Source: Mycobacteriales bacterium
GTDB taxonomy: Bacteria > Actinomycetota > Actinomycetes > Mycobacteriales > QHCE01
Direction: 5' to 3'
Length of the DNA stretch: 64,000 nucleotides
Assembly (NCBI GenBank): GCA_038260095.1
Contig: JBBSOC010000001.1
Span: forward strand, 952 to 64,951
In this document: positions 35,240 to 46,256 of the stretch, in pieces
How positions within the stretch are numbered: position 1 is the stretch's first letter
Layout: each line of letters starts with the position of its first letter
Notes under the pieces: model-generated
Told to the model about the DNA's origin: nothing
Seen by the model: only the letters and a program-made list of their open reading frames with translations
The model's database searches: none
Program-made: the position numbers and the translations under genes

Positions 35240-36445
35240 TTGGGGGCCGTGGCTCGCTACCCTAAACATGTGACTACCCCGTTTTCGACGCCCGCGCCAT
35301 CGGGGCGTCACTCTGCTCCTGAGGACTACCCTGCGCCCACACAACATTCTGCGCCCAGCTGGAGACCACCAAGCGCACCACCCGCCCAGGCTATCCCCAC
35401 ACCAGAGCTGCCCCAGCAGGTTTCGCCTGAGGGTTTCACGGCGCAGCTGAGGACAGCCGCGCGGCGAGCATCAGTCGCTGGCTCCGCTCGGGTGCCGCCG
35501 CGACCCGAACCCGCACAGTTCGACGGCGGGCCACCACTTCCTCCGCTATACGCCACGGCCATGCCGCACAACCCATCGGCGCTATATCAGCCCCAGCCTT
35601 ACCCGCTCTCAGCTCCCTTATCGGGAGCGCCCATGTACGAACCAGAGCAGTACCCAGTAGAACAACCATGGTCTGCCCCAGCAGCACAGCCAAGGCAGAA
35701 CTTCCCCGATTACAGCTCAGCTAACGACAACGACGCTAGTGAGGGTGATTCCGTACAGGATGTCCTATGGCGGCGGATCACCTTAGGCACCGCTGGCGTG
35801 TTGATTGTGGTGATCTCCGTTGCGATCACGCTGTTTGCCACTCGCAGCTCGGACTCCAAGCCTGACACCGCCATTGCGATTGCCCCTGGGCCGGCGGGCC
35901 CCACTGTTAGCTTGGCAAGCCGTGAGCAAGATTCCATCCCACTCACGGTAAAAGAAGTGTTTCCGACCAAGGCGCTGCAGTTTGGAAAAGTGCGCTATGA
36001 GGTGTTGGCGAGCGAAGAAGTCAAGGGTTGCCCAGAGACGGTAAACGGCAACGCCGCTGCCACACTGCGAAATCTAGACTGCACTCAAATGATCCGCGCT
36101 GCAATCAGCGATCCAGATCGCAAGTTCCTGATCACCGCTGGAATTTTGAACCTAGCCAAGGCTGAAGACGTTGACGCTCTAGCGCAAGTACTGCGCAGCG
36201 CCGGCGGCGGCAACTTCGACATGATTGTACCGACGAGTATGAGCGTAGAGGCTGCCCAAGCGCGGCCGCTGCATTTCTCCCGCAATGGGCATTACTTGAC
36301 GTTCACCACCGGTGTGCCGATCAAGATCAAGGCAGGTGAAAACATTTTTGAAAACGCTCAGCTCTCCCAGGCTCTAAACATCACCAGGGTGCTTACGGCG
36401 AACGCACTGGACCGCCGCGAGCTTGGTGCTGGCGTCGGCCATTGA
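35240..36445 (+). CDS. Hypothetical single-pass membrane protein (Pro-rich N-terminus, ~200-aa extracytoplasmic domain)
   Basis: 401-aa ORF with one TM (ITLGTAGVLIVVISVAITLFA); TTG start; no family recognised. Confidence 0.5.
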   Translation: MGAVARYPKHVTTPFSTPAPSGRHSAPEDYPAPTQHSAPSWRPPSAPPAQAIPTPELPQQVSPEGFTAQLRTAARRASVAGSARVPPRPEPAQFDGGPPLPPLYATAMPHNPSALYQPQPYPLSAPLSGAPMYEPEQYPVEQPWSAPAAQPRQNFPDYSSANDNDASEGDSVQDVLWRRITLGTAGVLIVVISVAITLFATRSSDSKPDTAIAIAPGPAGPTVSLASREQDSIPLTVKEVFPTKALQFGKVRYEVLASEEVKGCPETVNGNAAATLRNLDCTQMIRAAISDPDRKFLITAGILNLAKAEDVDALAQVLRSAGGGNFDMIVPTSMSVEAAQARPLHFSRNGHYLTFTTGVPIKIKAGENIFENAQLSQALNITRVLTANALDRRELGAGVGH

Positions 36446-36511
36446 TACCCATAGACCGATAGCGGGTGACAACTTTTACGAAGCTGACGGCCTAGCCTAC
36501 GTTTAGTAAGG

Positions 36512-37087
36512 CTACTTGACCTCGTCTGTGGGCTTTTCCACCGTGATGTTCTCAGCGCTATCACTGTTTTCCTCGACAACGGCTGAGTCCCCGGCAGTGC
36601 CGGCCTCCTCTTGAGTCTCCCGCTGCACGTCCTCAACCTGCTCTCCGGCGAGCGCCGCCACAGAGTCGTTGGTTCGGGCCTGCTTCACTCGGCGAGAACG
36701 CGCGGCGTCTGTCTTGACCGCAGTAGCAACTACGTCAGTGATCAGCTCAATCACAGCCATTGACGCATTGTCGCCCTGTCGTGGCTCAAGCTTGACGATC
36801 CGCGTGTATCCACCTGGCCGCTGCGCATACCGCGGGCCAATATCAGTAAACAGCTGATGCACCACATCTTTGCGCCGCACTACTGTGAGCACCCTGCGGC
36901 GTGCATGCATATCACCCCGCTTAGCGAATGTGATCAGCTTCTCCGCTAGGGGGCGCAGCCGCTTAGCTTTGGTAAGTGTGGTGGTAATACGGCCATGCTC
37001 AAACAGCGCGGAAGCCAGATTGGCCAACATCAGCCGCTCATGGGCTGGGCTACCGCCGAGGCGAGGACCCTTAGTGGGCGTAGGCAT
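36512..37087 (-). CDS. rplQ: 50S ribosomal protein L17 (acidic C-terminal extension)
   Basis: [25 protein letters not shown].. Confidence 0.9.
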   Translation of the reverse strand: MPTPTKGPRLGGSPAHERLMLANLASALFEHGRITTTLTKAKRLRPLAEKLITFAKRGDMHARRRVLTVVRRKDVVHQLFTDIGPRYAQRPGGYTRIVKLEPRQGDNASMAVIELITDVVATAVKTDAARSRRVKQARTNDSVAALAGEQVEDVQRETQEEAGTAGDSAVVEENSDSAENITVEKPTDEVK

Positions 37088-37240
37088 GGGACGTACTCCT
37101 TCGTTACTACGAAATAAATCAAATCATAGACCGTGCGACATCAAGGTCACTGCCTAGGCCGCAGAAACCGCTGCGTGCTTGAGGCACGCAAGGCGGCTCA
37201 AGAACAGCGAAACGACGGCAGAGGCCTAATGTTGGACGGT

Positions 37241-38260
37241 CTAAAGTTGTTCGGTCTCGGCGTAGTCCGGCTCATCGGCTTCCTCAGAGTAATTCTCCAC
37301 CGCTTTCGCGGGATCGAATCCGGGAGGTGAATCTTTAAGCGCAAGACCCATGGTCGCAATTTTAGCTTTGACCTCATCAATGGATTTCGCACCGAAGTTA
37401 CGGATGTCCAGCAAATCGGCCTCGCTGCGCGACAACAGTTCACCTACAGTATGGATACCCTCACGCTTGAGGCAGTTATAGGAGCGCACAGTTAAATCGA
37501 GATCCTCCACCGGGAGCGCAAGGTCCGCGGCCATCGCCGCGTCTACCGGCGAGGGACCGACCTCAATTCCTTCAGCTTGCTCATCGAGTTCGCCGAACAA
37601 ACCGAACAACTCCACCAACGTGTGGCCAGAAGAAGCTACGGCGGTAGCGGGATTCTGCGCTGGTTTAGTCTCCACATCCACGATCAGCTTGTCAAAGTCT
37701 GTGCGCTGCTCAACGCGTGTGGCCTCAACCTTGTAGGTCACCTTCAGTACAGGAGAGAAGATTGAGTCGATCGGTATGCGCCCAATTTCGGAGTTAGACT
37801 GCTTGTTCTGCGATGCAGAAACATAGCCACGGCCGCGTTCGACCGTAAGCTCCATGTCCAAACGACCCTTATCGTTCAACGTAGCGAGGTGAAGGTCGGG
37901 ATTAGCAACGGTGACGCCGGAGGGAGCGTTAACGTCGGCAGCGGTGACATCACCAGAACCTTGTTTGCTAATGGTCAGCGAAACTGGCTCGTTGGATTCC
38001 GAGGCAACGGTAAGCTCTTTGAGATTCAAGATCAGCTCGGTGACATCTTCCTTCACACCGGGGATCGTGCTGAATTCGTGTAGCACGCCATCGATTTTGA
38101 TGCTGGTCACGGCCGCACCAGGGATGGACGACAGCAAAGTACGGCGAAGCGAGTTACCTAACGTGTAACCGAAACCTGGCTCCAGTGGCTCGATGATGAA
38201 CTGGGAGCGAGTGGGGCTGAGTTTTTCCTCGGCAAGCGTTGGCCGCTGCGTGATGAGCAT
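37241..38260 (-). CDS. rpoA: DNA-directed RNA polymerase subunit alpha
   Basis: [26 protein letters not shown]..; ATG 38260 preceded by GGAGAAG. Confidence 0.95.
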   Translation of the reverse strand: MLITQRPTLAEEKLSPTRSQFIIEPLEPGFGYTLGNSLRRTLLSSIPGAAVTSIKIDGVLHEFSTIPGVKEDVTELILNLKELTVASESNEPVSLTISKQGSGDVTAADVNAPSGVTVANPDLHLATLNDKGRLDMELTVERGRGYVSASQNKQSNSEIGRIPIDSIFSPVLKVTYKVEATRVEQRTDFDKLIVDVETKPAQNPATAVASSGHTLVELFGLFGELDEQAEGIEVGPSPVDAAMAADLALPVEDLDLTVRSYNCLKREGIHTVGELLSRSEADLLDIRNFGAKSIDEVKAKIATMGLALKDSPPGFDPAKAVENYSEEADEPDYAETEQL

Positions 38261-38387
38261 GTACTTCTCCTTTAGAAACGTAGGCATCCACTATTTGACG
38301 CCACGAAACAACTACTTATTACTTAATACAGTGGTGCATAAAACTGTTGATCTGTAAGCGCGGGGGGTGCTTACAGATCAACATGTA

Positions 38388-38804
38388 TTAAACGCGCCGA
38401 CGCTTGGGCGGCCGGCAGCCATTGTGTGGATTAGGACTCACATCAGAGATCGACGCAACCTCAAGACCAGCTTGAGTCAAGGAACGAATTGCCGTTTCAC
38501 GACCAGACCCTGGACCCTTGACGAAGACATCTACCTTACGCATGCCGTGTTCCATAGAGCGTCGCGCGGCAGCCTCGGCGGTCATCTGCGCGGCGTACGG
38601 AGTGGACTTACGCGAACCCTTGAATCCGACTTGGCCAGAGGAAGCCCAAGCAATAACGTTACCGGAAACGTCAGTGACTGACACGATGGTGTTGTTGAAC
38701 GTACACATGATGTGCGCGTGACCATGGTTGACGTTTTTCTTTTCTTTACGCCGGACCTTGGTGGCTCCGCCGCGCGAAGTGGCGGACCGAGAAGTGGCAG
38801 GCAT
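38388..38804 (-). CDS. rpsK: 30S ribosomal protein S11
   Basis: ..[33 protein letters not shown].. Confidence 0.9.
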   Translation of the reverse strand: MPATSRSATSRGGATKVRRKEKKNVNHGHAHIMCTFNNTIVSVTDVSGNVIAWASSGQVGFKGSRKSTPYAAQMTAEAAARRSMEHGMRKVDVFVKGPGSGRETAIRSLTQAGLEVASISDVSPNPHNGCRPPKRRRV

Positions 38805-38901
38805 GGACGGACAACTCTCCTTGTGAACAACTGACATCTATGGCGCAGCTGGTTTACACCGAGACTGCGTACTGCCAAAGCAGCATGGAATTTATACAGC
38901 T

Positions 38902-39285
38902 TTACTTCTTGCCGACTTTCTTTTTCCCAGCGACGGTCTTCTTGTGCCCTTTACGAGTACGGGCATTTGTCTTGGTTCGCTGGCCACGCACTGGCAGGCC
39001 TCGACGGTGACGGATTCCCTGGTAGCAGCCGATCTCTACCTTTCGCCGAATACATCCCTGTACCTCACGACGTAAATCGCCTTCGATAACCAGGCCCGAC
39101 TCGCTGATGAACTGGCGCAGCGTGTTGACCTCATCATCGCTGAGGTCTTTGACCCGGGTGTCGGGGTTAATGTCGGCTGCTGCAAGCAGCTTTTGGGAGG
39201 TGGGGCGCCCAATGCCAAAAATGTAGGTAAGAGCGATCTCCACACGTTTATCACGTGGGATGTCTACACCGGCGATACGTGCCAT
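38902..39285 (-). CDS. rpsM: 30S ribosomal protein S13
   Basis: [26 protein letters not shown].. Confidence 0.95.
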   Translation of the reverse strand: MARIAGVDIPRDKRVEIALTYIFGIGRPTSQKLLAAADINPDTRVKDLSDDEVNTLRQFISESGLVIEGDLRREVQGCIRRKVEIGCYQGIRHRRGLPVRGQRTKTNARTRKGHKKTVAGKKKVGKK

Positions 39286-39300
39286 AGCTGGGCTGTCTCC

Positions 39301-39414
39301 TTAACCTTGCCGCTGCTTGTGGCGCGGGTTCTCACAAATAACCATGACGCGCCCATGACGACGAATCACACGACATTTTTCACATATTTTTTTTACGCTA
39401 GGTTTAACCTTCAC
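39301..39414 (-). CDS. rpmJ: 50S ribosomal protein L36
   Basis: Hand-translated 37-aa ORF (below the ORF-track cutoff): [37 protein letters not shown]. Confidence 0.9.
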   Translation of the reverse strand: MKVKPSVKKICEKCRVIRRHGRVMVICENPRHKQRQG

Positions 39415-39424
39415 GGCTACGACC

Positions 39425-39646
39425 TTACTTGTAGCGGTAGACGATGCGACCTCGGGACAGGTCATAGGGGGAGAGCTCAACGACTACTCGATCCGAAGGC
39501 AAGATACGGATGTAGTGCTGCCGCATTTTGCCACTGATATGAGCGAGCACCAAGTGACCATTTTCCAGCTCAACTCGAAACATTGCATTGGGAAGTGCTT
39601 CGTTGACCGTGCCTTCGACCTCGATGGCCCCGTCTTTCTTCGGCAT
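39425..39646 (-). CDS. infA: Translation initiation factor IF-1
   Basis: [34 protein letters not shown].. Confidence 0.95.
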   Translation of the reverse strand: MPKKDGAIEVEGTVNEALPNAMFRVELENGHLVLAHISGKMRQHYIRILPSDRVVVELSPYDLSRGRIVYRYK

Positions 39647-39761
39647 GTCCTCCGCAATTCTGAGTTTGGTACTGGTGGCTGTGGGCGTCAGGTTTGCTCA
39701 GAAGCCACACAACTATTAGCGCATAGCTTACGCAATCGCTCACCGGCATAAGCATCCGGGG

Positions 39762-40607
39762 TCAACCAAGGTAAAGGCCGCTTACGGCCTCCCCGAGTTG
39801 AGCGCTGCCACCATCGGGCTGGGTGAGCACAAAAATGCCATCTTCGGTGAGCGCGAACGTGTGCTCGGTATGTGCGGCAGCGGATCCATCCTTGGTAACT
39901 ACGGTCCAGCCATCGGCGAGCTCACGCGTGGACGCCGAACCCAGCGTGATCATTGGCTCGATTGCCAGCACCGTACCCACCGCTAACCCCGGACCTCGAC
40001 CTGCTTTCCCGTAATTGGCCAGATATGGATCTTCATGCAAGCGGGTACCGATCCCGTGTCCGCCATAGCCGCGCACAATGCCATAGCGATCGTGGTTGCC
40101 CTGCTTGTTTGCCGCACGCTTAACCGTGCGCTCCACCGCGTCGCTAATATCGCTGAGATGCCCACCCACTTTCGCGGCGGCAATACCAGCCCACATTGCA
40201 TCGGTACAGACTGCAATCAACCTCGTCAACTGGGGGCGCACTTCACCTACAGGTACCGTAATTGCCGAGTCACCATGCCAACCATCGACGATGGCGCCAC
40301 AGTCGATGGAGACCACGTCTCCATCGCGAAGCACCCGACGTGGGCTGGGAATTCCATGCACAATCTCCTCGTTCACTGAGGTGCACAGTGTGGCTGGAAA
40401 GTCGTGGTAGCCCAAAAAGGAAGGTTTGGCGCCGGCGTCGATGATGCAGCTGTAGGCAGCATCATCGAGTTCAGCGGTGCTCACACCTGGAGCAACCAGC
40501 TCACGAACCACCGCGAGCGCATCGGCCACTATTAGGCCTGCCTCGCGCATCAGCCCGATCTGCTGCGAAGTCTTCAGCGATTCAATCTGTTCCATGGTCA
40601 CACTCAA
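39762..40607 (-). CDS. map: Type I methionine aminopeptidase
   Basis: ..DGDVVSIDCGAIVDGWHGDSA..GHGIGT..EPM.. metal-ligand pattern. Confidence 0.9.
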   Translation of the reverse strand: MSVTMEQIESLKTSQQIGLMREAGLIVADALAVVRELVAPGVSTAELDDAAYSCIIDAGAKPSFLGYHDFPATLCTSVNEEIVHGIPSPRRVLRDGDVVSIDCGAIVDGWHGDSAITVPVGEVRPQLTRLIAVCTDAMWAGIAAAKVGGHLSDISDAVERTVKRAANKQGNHDRYGIVRGYGGHGIGTRLHEDPYLANYGKAGRGPGLAVGTVLAIEPMITLGSASTRELADGWTVVTKDGSAAAHTEHTFALTEDGIFVLTQPDGGSAQLGEAVSGLYLG

Positions 40608-40659
40608 CCAGCCCGGTGAAAGTTCCTTGGTCTAGGGCCGCCTATCGATCTGGTTAGCG

Positions 40660-40812
40660 TAAATCGTCGCTGAGATCCCTGTCCCTTAAGCGACTTACGC
40701 CGGGTGCGCGATAAAAATTTTTGCCACAAGTTCTCCTAACTTGGCAAAAACACGCTACTGCTGATCTTCGTTTCATCGGCGATGAGGGCCGTAGCTTGCA
40801 ATCGTTCACCGC
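40660..40812 (-). repeat. ~150-bp hairpin-containing repeat, copy A (adk-map spacer)
   Basis: The reverse complement aligns at ~75-80% (by eye) with 60187-60340. Central hairpin at 40718-50: TTTTTGCCACAAGTT-CTCCT-AACTTGGCAAAAA. Confidence 0.75.
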
Positions 40813-40816
40813 ATCG

Positions 40817-41467
40817 TTAGACAAAGGATCGAAGCGCGCCGATCGCACGTTCGGTGACATCTTCCACCGGACCTACCGCGTCTACTCCTACCAAGATTCC
40901 CTGCGCGGCATAGAGATTAATCAGTGGTGCTGTCTGTTTGGCGTATACGTCTAGCCTATGTTTGACCGTCTCGGGCCTATCATCTTCACGCTGGAACAGC
41001 TCTCCGCCACAGCGGTCACACACCCCTTCAACCGTAGTGGGGTCGAATTCGGTATGCCAAATCTTTCCACAGCCATGACAGGTACGACGCCCCGAGAGGC
41101 GGCGAATCACTTGATCAGTCTCGACCACCAGTTCCAACACGACATCAAGCTTCACGCCACGCTGCTCAAGCAACTCATCGAGCGCCTCAGCTTGATGAAT
41201 CGTGCGCGGGAAACCGTCTAGCAAAAATCCATCTGCAGTATCAGGGTCGTCGAGTCGCTGCTCGACCATGGCAACGGTCACCTCGTCAGGTACGAGCTGA
41301 CCGGTATCCATAAACTGCTTAGCTTCCAAACCTAGGGGGCTTTCGTTACCTACGTGGGCACGGAAAAGGTCACCAGTAGAAATTTTTGGAATCGAAAAAC
41401 GTTCCGCAAGGTATTCCGCTTGAGTTCCCTTGCCTGCCCCTGGCGGGCCGATGAGCACTAGCCTCAT
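40817..41467 (-). CDS. adk: Adenylate kinase (zinc-lid type)
   Basis: [17 protein letters not shown]..; lid [15 protein letters not shown]. Confidence 0.95.
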   Translation of the reverse strand: MRLVLIGPPGAGKGTQAEYLAERFSIPKISTGDLFRAHVGNESPLGLEAKQFMDTGQLVPDEVTVAMVEQRLDDPDTADGFLLDGFPRTIHQAEALDELLEQRGVKLDVVLELVVETDQVIRRLSGRRTCHGCGKIWHTEFDPTTVEGVCDRCGGELFQREDDRPETVKHRLDVYAKQTAPLINLYAAQGILVGVDAVGPVEDVTERAIGALRSFV

Positions 41468-41561
41468 GTCAACACCGGCCCCTCACAGCAATCGATGGCA
41501 ATCAAGAATTCGCATAATTTGGAAGGCGTCGCGACTTGACGGCTTCCCATTCTGCAGAACT

Positions 41562-42911
41562 CTATCGAAGAAAGCCCTCGTAGTTACGTTGCTCAAGCTG
41601 ACTTTGGATTTGCTTTACGGTTTCCAACCCAACCCCGACCATAATCAACACCGCTGTGCCACCAAAAGGGAAGTTTTGGGTATTTTGCGAACCTCCGGCG
41701 AGTTCGATGAACAAATTAGGAAGAATGGCGATCAAGCCCAGATATAACGAACCTGGTAACAACATTCGACTGATAACGTAGTCGAAATACTCAGCCGTTG
41801 GACGTCCGGGGCGAATTCCAGGAACGAAGCCGCCTCGCTTCTTCATGTTATCTGCAACTTCAGTGGGGCTGAGTTGAATTGAGGTATAGAAATATGTGAA
41901 GAAAATAACCAGGGCGAAGTACAGCAACATATGCACCAAACTGTCCGGAGGCTGCACATAGCGCTGAATGAAAAGAGTTACGGGGCCAGGGTTTTGCCGG
42001 TCTCCCAGCTGGGCAAGGATCGTTGGCAGATAAATGAGCGACGTGGCAAAGATGACAGGGATTACACCCGCCGGATTCACCTTAATCGGCAAATAGGTAG
42101 AAGTGTCGCCGTAACTTCGACGACCTACAATTCGACGCGCGTATTGTACTGGGATTCGGCGCTGTGCCTGCTCAATGAAGACGACCGCTCCGATGACAGC
42201 CACACCAATACCGAGCACGATCACGAATACGGTGACGCCCTTGGTGTCGAGAATATTCTTACCCTCGCTGGGAAGCCGGGCAGCGATCGAGGAGAACATC
42301 AGAATCGACATACCATTGCCCACACCACGGTCGGTAATGAGTTCACCAAGCCACATAACCAATGCCGTGCCAGCGGTCATGGTAAGAATCAGGCCACCAA
42401 TTGTAAGGGCGTATGGCTGTGCACCCGTATCGGGAATCAGCTCAAGACCCTTGGGGCAGCCAGGAAGCAGGTTGCCCGAGCGCGCTAGCGCAATAATCCC
42501 TGCCGACTGCAGGATAGCCAGACCTACCGTCAAGTAGCGGGTGTATTGAGTAATTTTAGCTTGCCCAGCCTGGCCTTGCTTTTTAAGTTCTTCAAGCCGC
42601 GGGATCACTACCGTCAACAGCTGCAAAATGATGCTGGCCGTGATATACGGCAAAATTCCCAGTGCAAATACACTCAGCTGATAGAGCGCCCCACCGCTGA
42701 ACAAGTTCAGCAGCGTAAACACCCCGGAGTCAGCATTGCGCGCAATATCAACACAGCGTCGCACGTGGTCCACCGAAACGCCCGGCGAAGGTATCGATGC
42801 TCCGATCCGGTAGATCGCGACCACCAGAAGTGTAAACACAATCTTCGAACGCAAATCTGGTGTTCGAAATGCCCGAACAAAAGCGCCGAGCACGTTGCCT
42901 CCTGCACTCAA
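41562..42911 (-). CDS. secY: Preprotein translocase subunit SecY
   Basis: 449 aa, 10-TM pattern, ..LFSGGAL..SVFALGI.PYITASII.. Confidence 0.95.
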   Translation of the reverse strand: MSAGGNVLGAFVRAFRTPDLRSKIVFTLLVVAIYRIGASIPSPGVSVDHVRRCVDIARNADSGVFTLLNLFSGGALYQLSVFALGILPYITASIILQLLTVVIPRLEELKKQGQAGQAKITQYTRYLTVGLAILQSAGIIALARSGNLLPGCPKGLELIPDTGAQPYALTIGGLILTMTAGTALVMWLGELITDRGVGNGMSILMFSSIAARLPSEGKNILDTKGVTVFVIVLGIGVAVIGAVVFIEQAQRRIPVQYARRIVGRRSYGDTSTYLPIKVNPAGVIPVIFATSLIYLPTILAQLGDRQNPGPVTLFIQRYVQPPDSLVHMLLYFALVIFFTYFYTSIQLSPTEVADNMKKRGGFVPGIRPGRPTAEYFDYVISRMLLPGSLYLGLIAILPNLFIELAGGSQNTQNFPFGGTAVLIMVGVGLETVKQIQSQLEQRNYEGFLR

Positions 42912-42978
42912 AGGGGATAACTACTAACTACAAATCTCAGCGACCAGCTCACAATAAGCCGGCTGAGTTCACCGCGAC

Positions 42979-43446
42979 CTAATGGCCGGGTGACAGTTTC
43001 GTGACACTGCCACCGGCGGCAGTGATCTTGTCCCGAGCGGAGCCGGAGAAAGCATGCACCGTTAGCTCAAACGCCACGCCACTAACGTTCCCGTCACCCA
43101 ATACCTTGATCAAATCTTTGGACCGTGCAACTCCAGCTGTCACAAGTTCACCTGGACCCACAACGCCACCCTTGGGGAAAAGCGCACTCAATCGGTCAAG
43201 GTTGACAACAGCATAGGAAACTCGGAACGGGTTGGAAAATCCCTTGAGCTTGGGTAACCGCATGTGTAACGGCGTTTGCCCACCCTCAAATCGAGCTGGC
43301 ACGCTGCCTCTCGCTTTGGTTCCCTTGGTGCCTCGCCCCGCGGTCTTACCTTTGGAGCCTTCACCCCGACCCTTTCGGGTCTTAGCTTTATTAGAACCAG
43401 GAGCTGGTTTTAGGTGGTGCAGCTTGAGCGCCCGTGTAACGGCCAT
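42979..43446 (-). CDS. rplO: 50S ribosomal protein L15
   Basis: ..[31 protein letters not shown].. Confidence 0.9.
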   Translation of the reverse strand: MAVTRALKLHHLKPAPGSNKAKTRKGRGEGSKGKTAGRGTKGTKARGSVPARFEGGQTPLHMRLPKLKGFSNPFRVSYAVVNLDRLSALFPKGGVVGPGELVTAGVARSKDLIKVLGDGNVSGVAFELTVHAFSGSARDKITAAGGSVTKLSPGH

Positions 43447-43448
43447 AT

Positions 43449-43724
43449 CTACTTAACCTCCTCGACTGTGACCAGATGTGCCACTGTCGCTACCATGCCG
43501 CGGATTTCAGGTCGATCTTCTTTTACAACCGTGTCGTTGATTCTACGTAGCCCAAGAGTCGTAAGCGTGTCCCGCTGGGAGGCCCTCGAGCCAATCCGGG
43601 AACGAACCTGCGTGACTTTAAGCTTCGTTGTGGCTCCAGATTTCGCCCCTCCATTGAGCTTGGCGGGAGCCGTCACTTTCGTTGGGGCTGCAGGTTTTGT
43701 AGATTTTGTTGTTGCGCTTGCCAT
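43449..43724 (-). CDS. rpmD: 50S ribosomal protein L30 (~30-aa N-terminal extension)
   Basis: ..[30 protein letters not shown].. Confidence 0.85.
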   Translation of the reverse strand: MASATTKSTKPAAPTKVTAPAKLNGGAKSGATTKLKVTQVRSRIGSRASQRDTLTTLGLRRINDTVVKEDRPEIRGMVATVAHLVTVEEVK

Positions 43725-43727
43725 GGC

Positions 43728-44369
43728 TTAGACCTCCGCCGCTTTACGAGCCCGCAGCATGTACGCCGGAGCTACATCTTCCAAGGGCAGACCGCGAGCA
43801 GCGGCAATCTGCTCAGGCTGCTTGAGGCTCTTGAGCGCCGCTACCGTGGCGTGCACGACATTGATCTTATTAGACGAGCCAAGACTCTTGCTGAGCACAT
43901 CGTGAATGCCCGCACACTCCAGCACCGCTCGAACTGGACCACCAGCAATTACACCAGTACCTGGGCTCGCCGGCTTGAGCAGTACCACACCCGCGGCTTC
44001 CTCGCCTTGCACCGGGTGCGGAATCGTCGCAGCAATCCGAGGTACCTTGAAGAGCTGTTTTTTGGCTTCTTCCACGCCCTTAGCAATGGCGGCCGGAACT
44101 TCTTTCGCTTTGCCATAACCAACGCCGACAGTTCCGTTCCCGTCACCCACAACCACGAGCGCGGTAAAGCTGAATCGACGGCCACCTTTTACTACCTTGG
44201 CCACTCGGTTAACAGTCACCAGGCGCTCGATGAGCGGCGATTTTTCAGCGCTCTGTCCTGAGCGACGATCTCGGCGCGAACCGCCTTCACTACCGCGTCC
44301 GCCGTCGCGCGTATTGCGGTCAGGACCACCAGTGGCGGCTCCGCCGCTACGGCGCTGCTGAGTCGGCAT
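43728..44369 (-). CDS. rpsE: 30S ribosomal protein S5
   Basis: ATG 44369 preceded by GGAGAAAC; ..[25 protein letters not shown].. Confidence 0.9.
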   Translation of the reverse strand: MPTQQRRSGGAATGGPDRNTRDGGRGSEGGSRRDRRSGQSAEKSPLIERLVTVNRVAKVVKGGRRFSFTALVVVGDGNGTVGVGYGKAKEVPAAIAKGVEEAKKQLFKVPRIAATIPHPVQGEEAAGVVLLKPASPGTGVIAGGPVRAVLECAGIHDVLSKSLGSSNKINVVHATVAALKSLKQPEQIAAARGLPLEDVAPAYMLRARKAAEV

Positions 44370-44440
44370 GAAAGTTTCTCCTTGTTTGGTGTAAACGCGG
44401 TCACATGTAAATATCTGCGACAACGCTGCTAACTATGCTG

Positions 44441-44851
44441 TTAAAACTTAAGGCCAGCTTCACGCGCCGCATCAGCAAGCGCGGCGAGCCGACCATGGTA
44501 AGCGTCACCACTGCGGTCAAATACCACTGTGGTAACGCCGGCCTCTTGTGCTCGCTGCCCGATCAACGCCCCGACCGCGGCCGCTTTGGCTTTTTTATCG
44601 CCGCCGGCCGACCGGACGTCGGCTTCCATACTGGAAGCCGACGCGATAGTACGAATCGCGATGTCATCGACGAGCTGGACAAACACGTGCCGCAGTGAGC
44701 GAGTAACCACCAGGCGCGGACGGTCTGCCGTACCACGGATCTTCTTCCGCAGCCGGAAATGTCGCCGCGCTCGCGAAATCCGCCGTTCCGCTGCGGCGCT
44801 ACGGCCACCCGAGCTACGAGCATCCGAACGATGTAACAGGGTGGCACCCAT
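44441..44851 (-). CDS. rplR: 50S ribosomal protein L18
   Basis: ..[39 protein letters not shown]. Confidence 0.9.
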   Translation of the reverse strand: MGATLLHRSDARSSGGRSAAAERRISRARRHFRLRKKIRGTADRPRLVVTRSLRHVFVQLVDDIAIRTIASASSMEADVRSAGGDKKAKAAAVGALIGQRAQEAGVTTVVFDRSGDAYHGRLAALADAAREAGLKF

Positions 44852-45391
44852 TTACTTACCTGCCTTTCCGGCTTTGCGCAGGATCGTTTCGCCAAGGTAG
44901 CGGAGCCCCTTGTTCTTATATGGGTCGTCCTTACGCAGCTTCCGAATTTTGGAAGCCACTTCACCTACCAGCTGCTTGTCGATACCTTCGACAACAAACT
45001 CTGTGGGCTTGAGTACCCGAAAGGCCACTCCGTCGGGTGCCTTGATGAGCACAGGGTGACTGTAACCTAGGCTGAATTCCAAGCTCGAACCCTTAAGCTG
45101 CACCCGGTAACCCGTACCAAGAATTTCCATTGGGATCGAATAACCCTCGGTGACACCAGTAATCATGTTGGCGACCAACGTGCGCGTCAAACCGTGGCGT
45201 TCCTTGGCAATCCGCTCATCGTTGGGTCGCTTAACGATTAACTGGGTCGCTTCGCGCTCAATAACAATTGGCTCGGGCACGGTCAAGCTGAGCGCACCTT
45301 TGGGGCCCTTTACGGCGACAGTACCGGCGTTACCGAGATCAACCTCGACACCAGTCGGTACATCAATTGCGCGACGTCCAATACGTGACAT
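44852..45391 (-). CDS. rplF: 50S ribosomal protein L6
   Basis: [19 protein letters not shown].. Confidence 0.9.
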   Translation of the reverse strand: MSRIGRRAIDVPTGVEVDLGNAGTVAVKGPKGALSLTVPEPIVIEREATQLIVKRPNDERIAKERHGLTRTLVANMITGVTEGYSIPMEILGTGYRVQLKGSSLEFSLGYSHPVLIKAPDGVAFRVLKPTEFVVEGIDKQLVGEVASKIRKLRKDDPYKNKGLRYLGETILRKAGKAGK

Positions 45392-45402
45392 GTGCGGCAC
45401 CC

Positions 45403-45807
45403 CTACCAGACGTAGGCGAGGACTTCCCCGCCTACTTTCTTCTTCATGGCTTGCCGGTCTGTCATCAAGCCCGACGATGTGGAGATGATGGCCACTCCCA
45501 GGCCGCCGAGTACTTTCGGCAAATTGTTGGAGTTGGCGTACACCCGAAGGCCAGGCTTAGAGACGCGGCGAAGGCCAGCGATGCTGCGCTCACGAGACGG
45601 GCCGTACTTCAACTGAAGCACGAGCGCTTTACGGACAACGTCCTCGGCATGCTCAACACTCCACGTAGCTATGTAACCCTGTTCGCGCAGAATGTCGGCG
45701 ACTCTCGCCTTGAGTTTGGAGTACGGCATGGAGACCTGGTCGTGAAATGCGGAATTCGCATTCCGCAGCCGAGTCAGCATGTCCGCGATGGGATCGGTCA
45801 TCGTCAT
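45403..45807 (-). CDS. rpsH: 30S ribosomal protein S8
   Basis: [17 protein letters not shown]..; ATG 45807 preceded by AGGAG. Confidence 0.9.
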   Translation of the reverse strand: MTMTDPIADMLTRLRNANSAFHDQVSMPYSKLKARVADILREQGYIATWSVEHAEDVVRKALVLQLKYGPSRERSIAGLRRVSKPGLRVYANSNNLPKVLGGLGVAIISTSSGLMTDRQAMKKKVGGEVLAYVW

Positions 45808-45931
45808 GAGCAGGCTCCTATCGTGAGCACACCACAGGAGCACAGCGAGAGGAGTCTGCGGGCCGGCAAGGTCATGAGCGGGCTCCTATCGTAAGCACAC
45901 CACTGGGGCGGAACGAGAGAAGTCCGCGAGC
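45803..45931. repeat. Imperfect ~68-bp tandem duplication that copies the rpsH SD/start region
   Basis: GTCATGAGCRGGCTCCTATCGTRAGCACACCAC.. occurs at 45803 and again at 45871. Confidence 0.75.
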
Positions 45932-46009
45932 TAGCGTCATCATTGTAAAAGTTGAAACCTTTCTCGCCGGGGTTCCGCAGCGCGGCCTACAGCGAAGCAA
46001 GAGTTGTGT

Positions 46010-46041
46010 ATTACTAATCAGATTTCAGACTGATTAGTAAT
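46010..46041. other. 12-bp perfect AT-rich hairpin in the rpsN-rpsH spacer
   Basis: ATTACTAATCAG-(8 nt)-CTGATTAGTAAT. Confidence 0.7.
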
Positions 46042-46067
46042 GGTCGACTCAATTGGAGAAGTTGTAG

Positions 46068-46253
46068 TTACCAGGAAGACTTGGTGATACCGGGCAGCTC
46101 ACCTGCATGTGCCATTTCGCGGAAGCAGATACGGCAGAGCTTGAACTTGCGGTATACCGCACGAGGACGACCACACCGTGCACAACGAGTGTAACCCCGC
46201 ACCTTAAACTTAGGTTTGCGGGCCGCCTTTTCTACCAGCGCCTTCTTTGCCAT
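46068..46253 (-). CDS. rpsN: 30S ribosomal protein S14, zinc-binding type Z
   Basis: 61 aa with CARCGRP..CRIC. Confidence 0.9.
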   Translation of the reverse strand: MAKKALVEKAARKPKFKVRGYTRCARCGRPRAVYRKFKLCRICFREMAHAGELPGITKSSW

Positions 46254-46256
46254 GGT

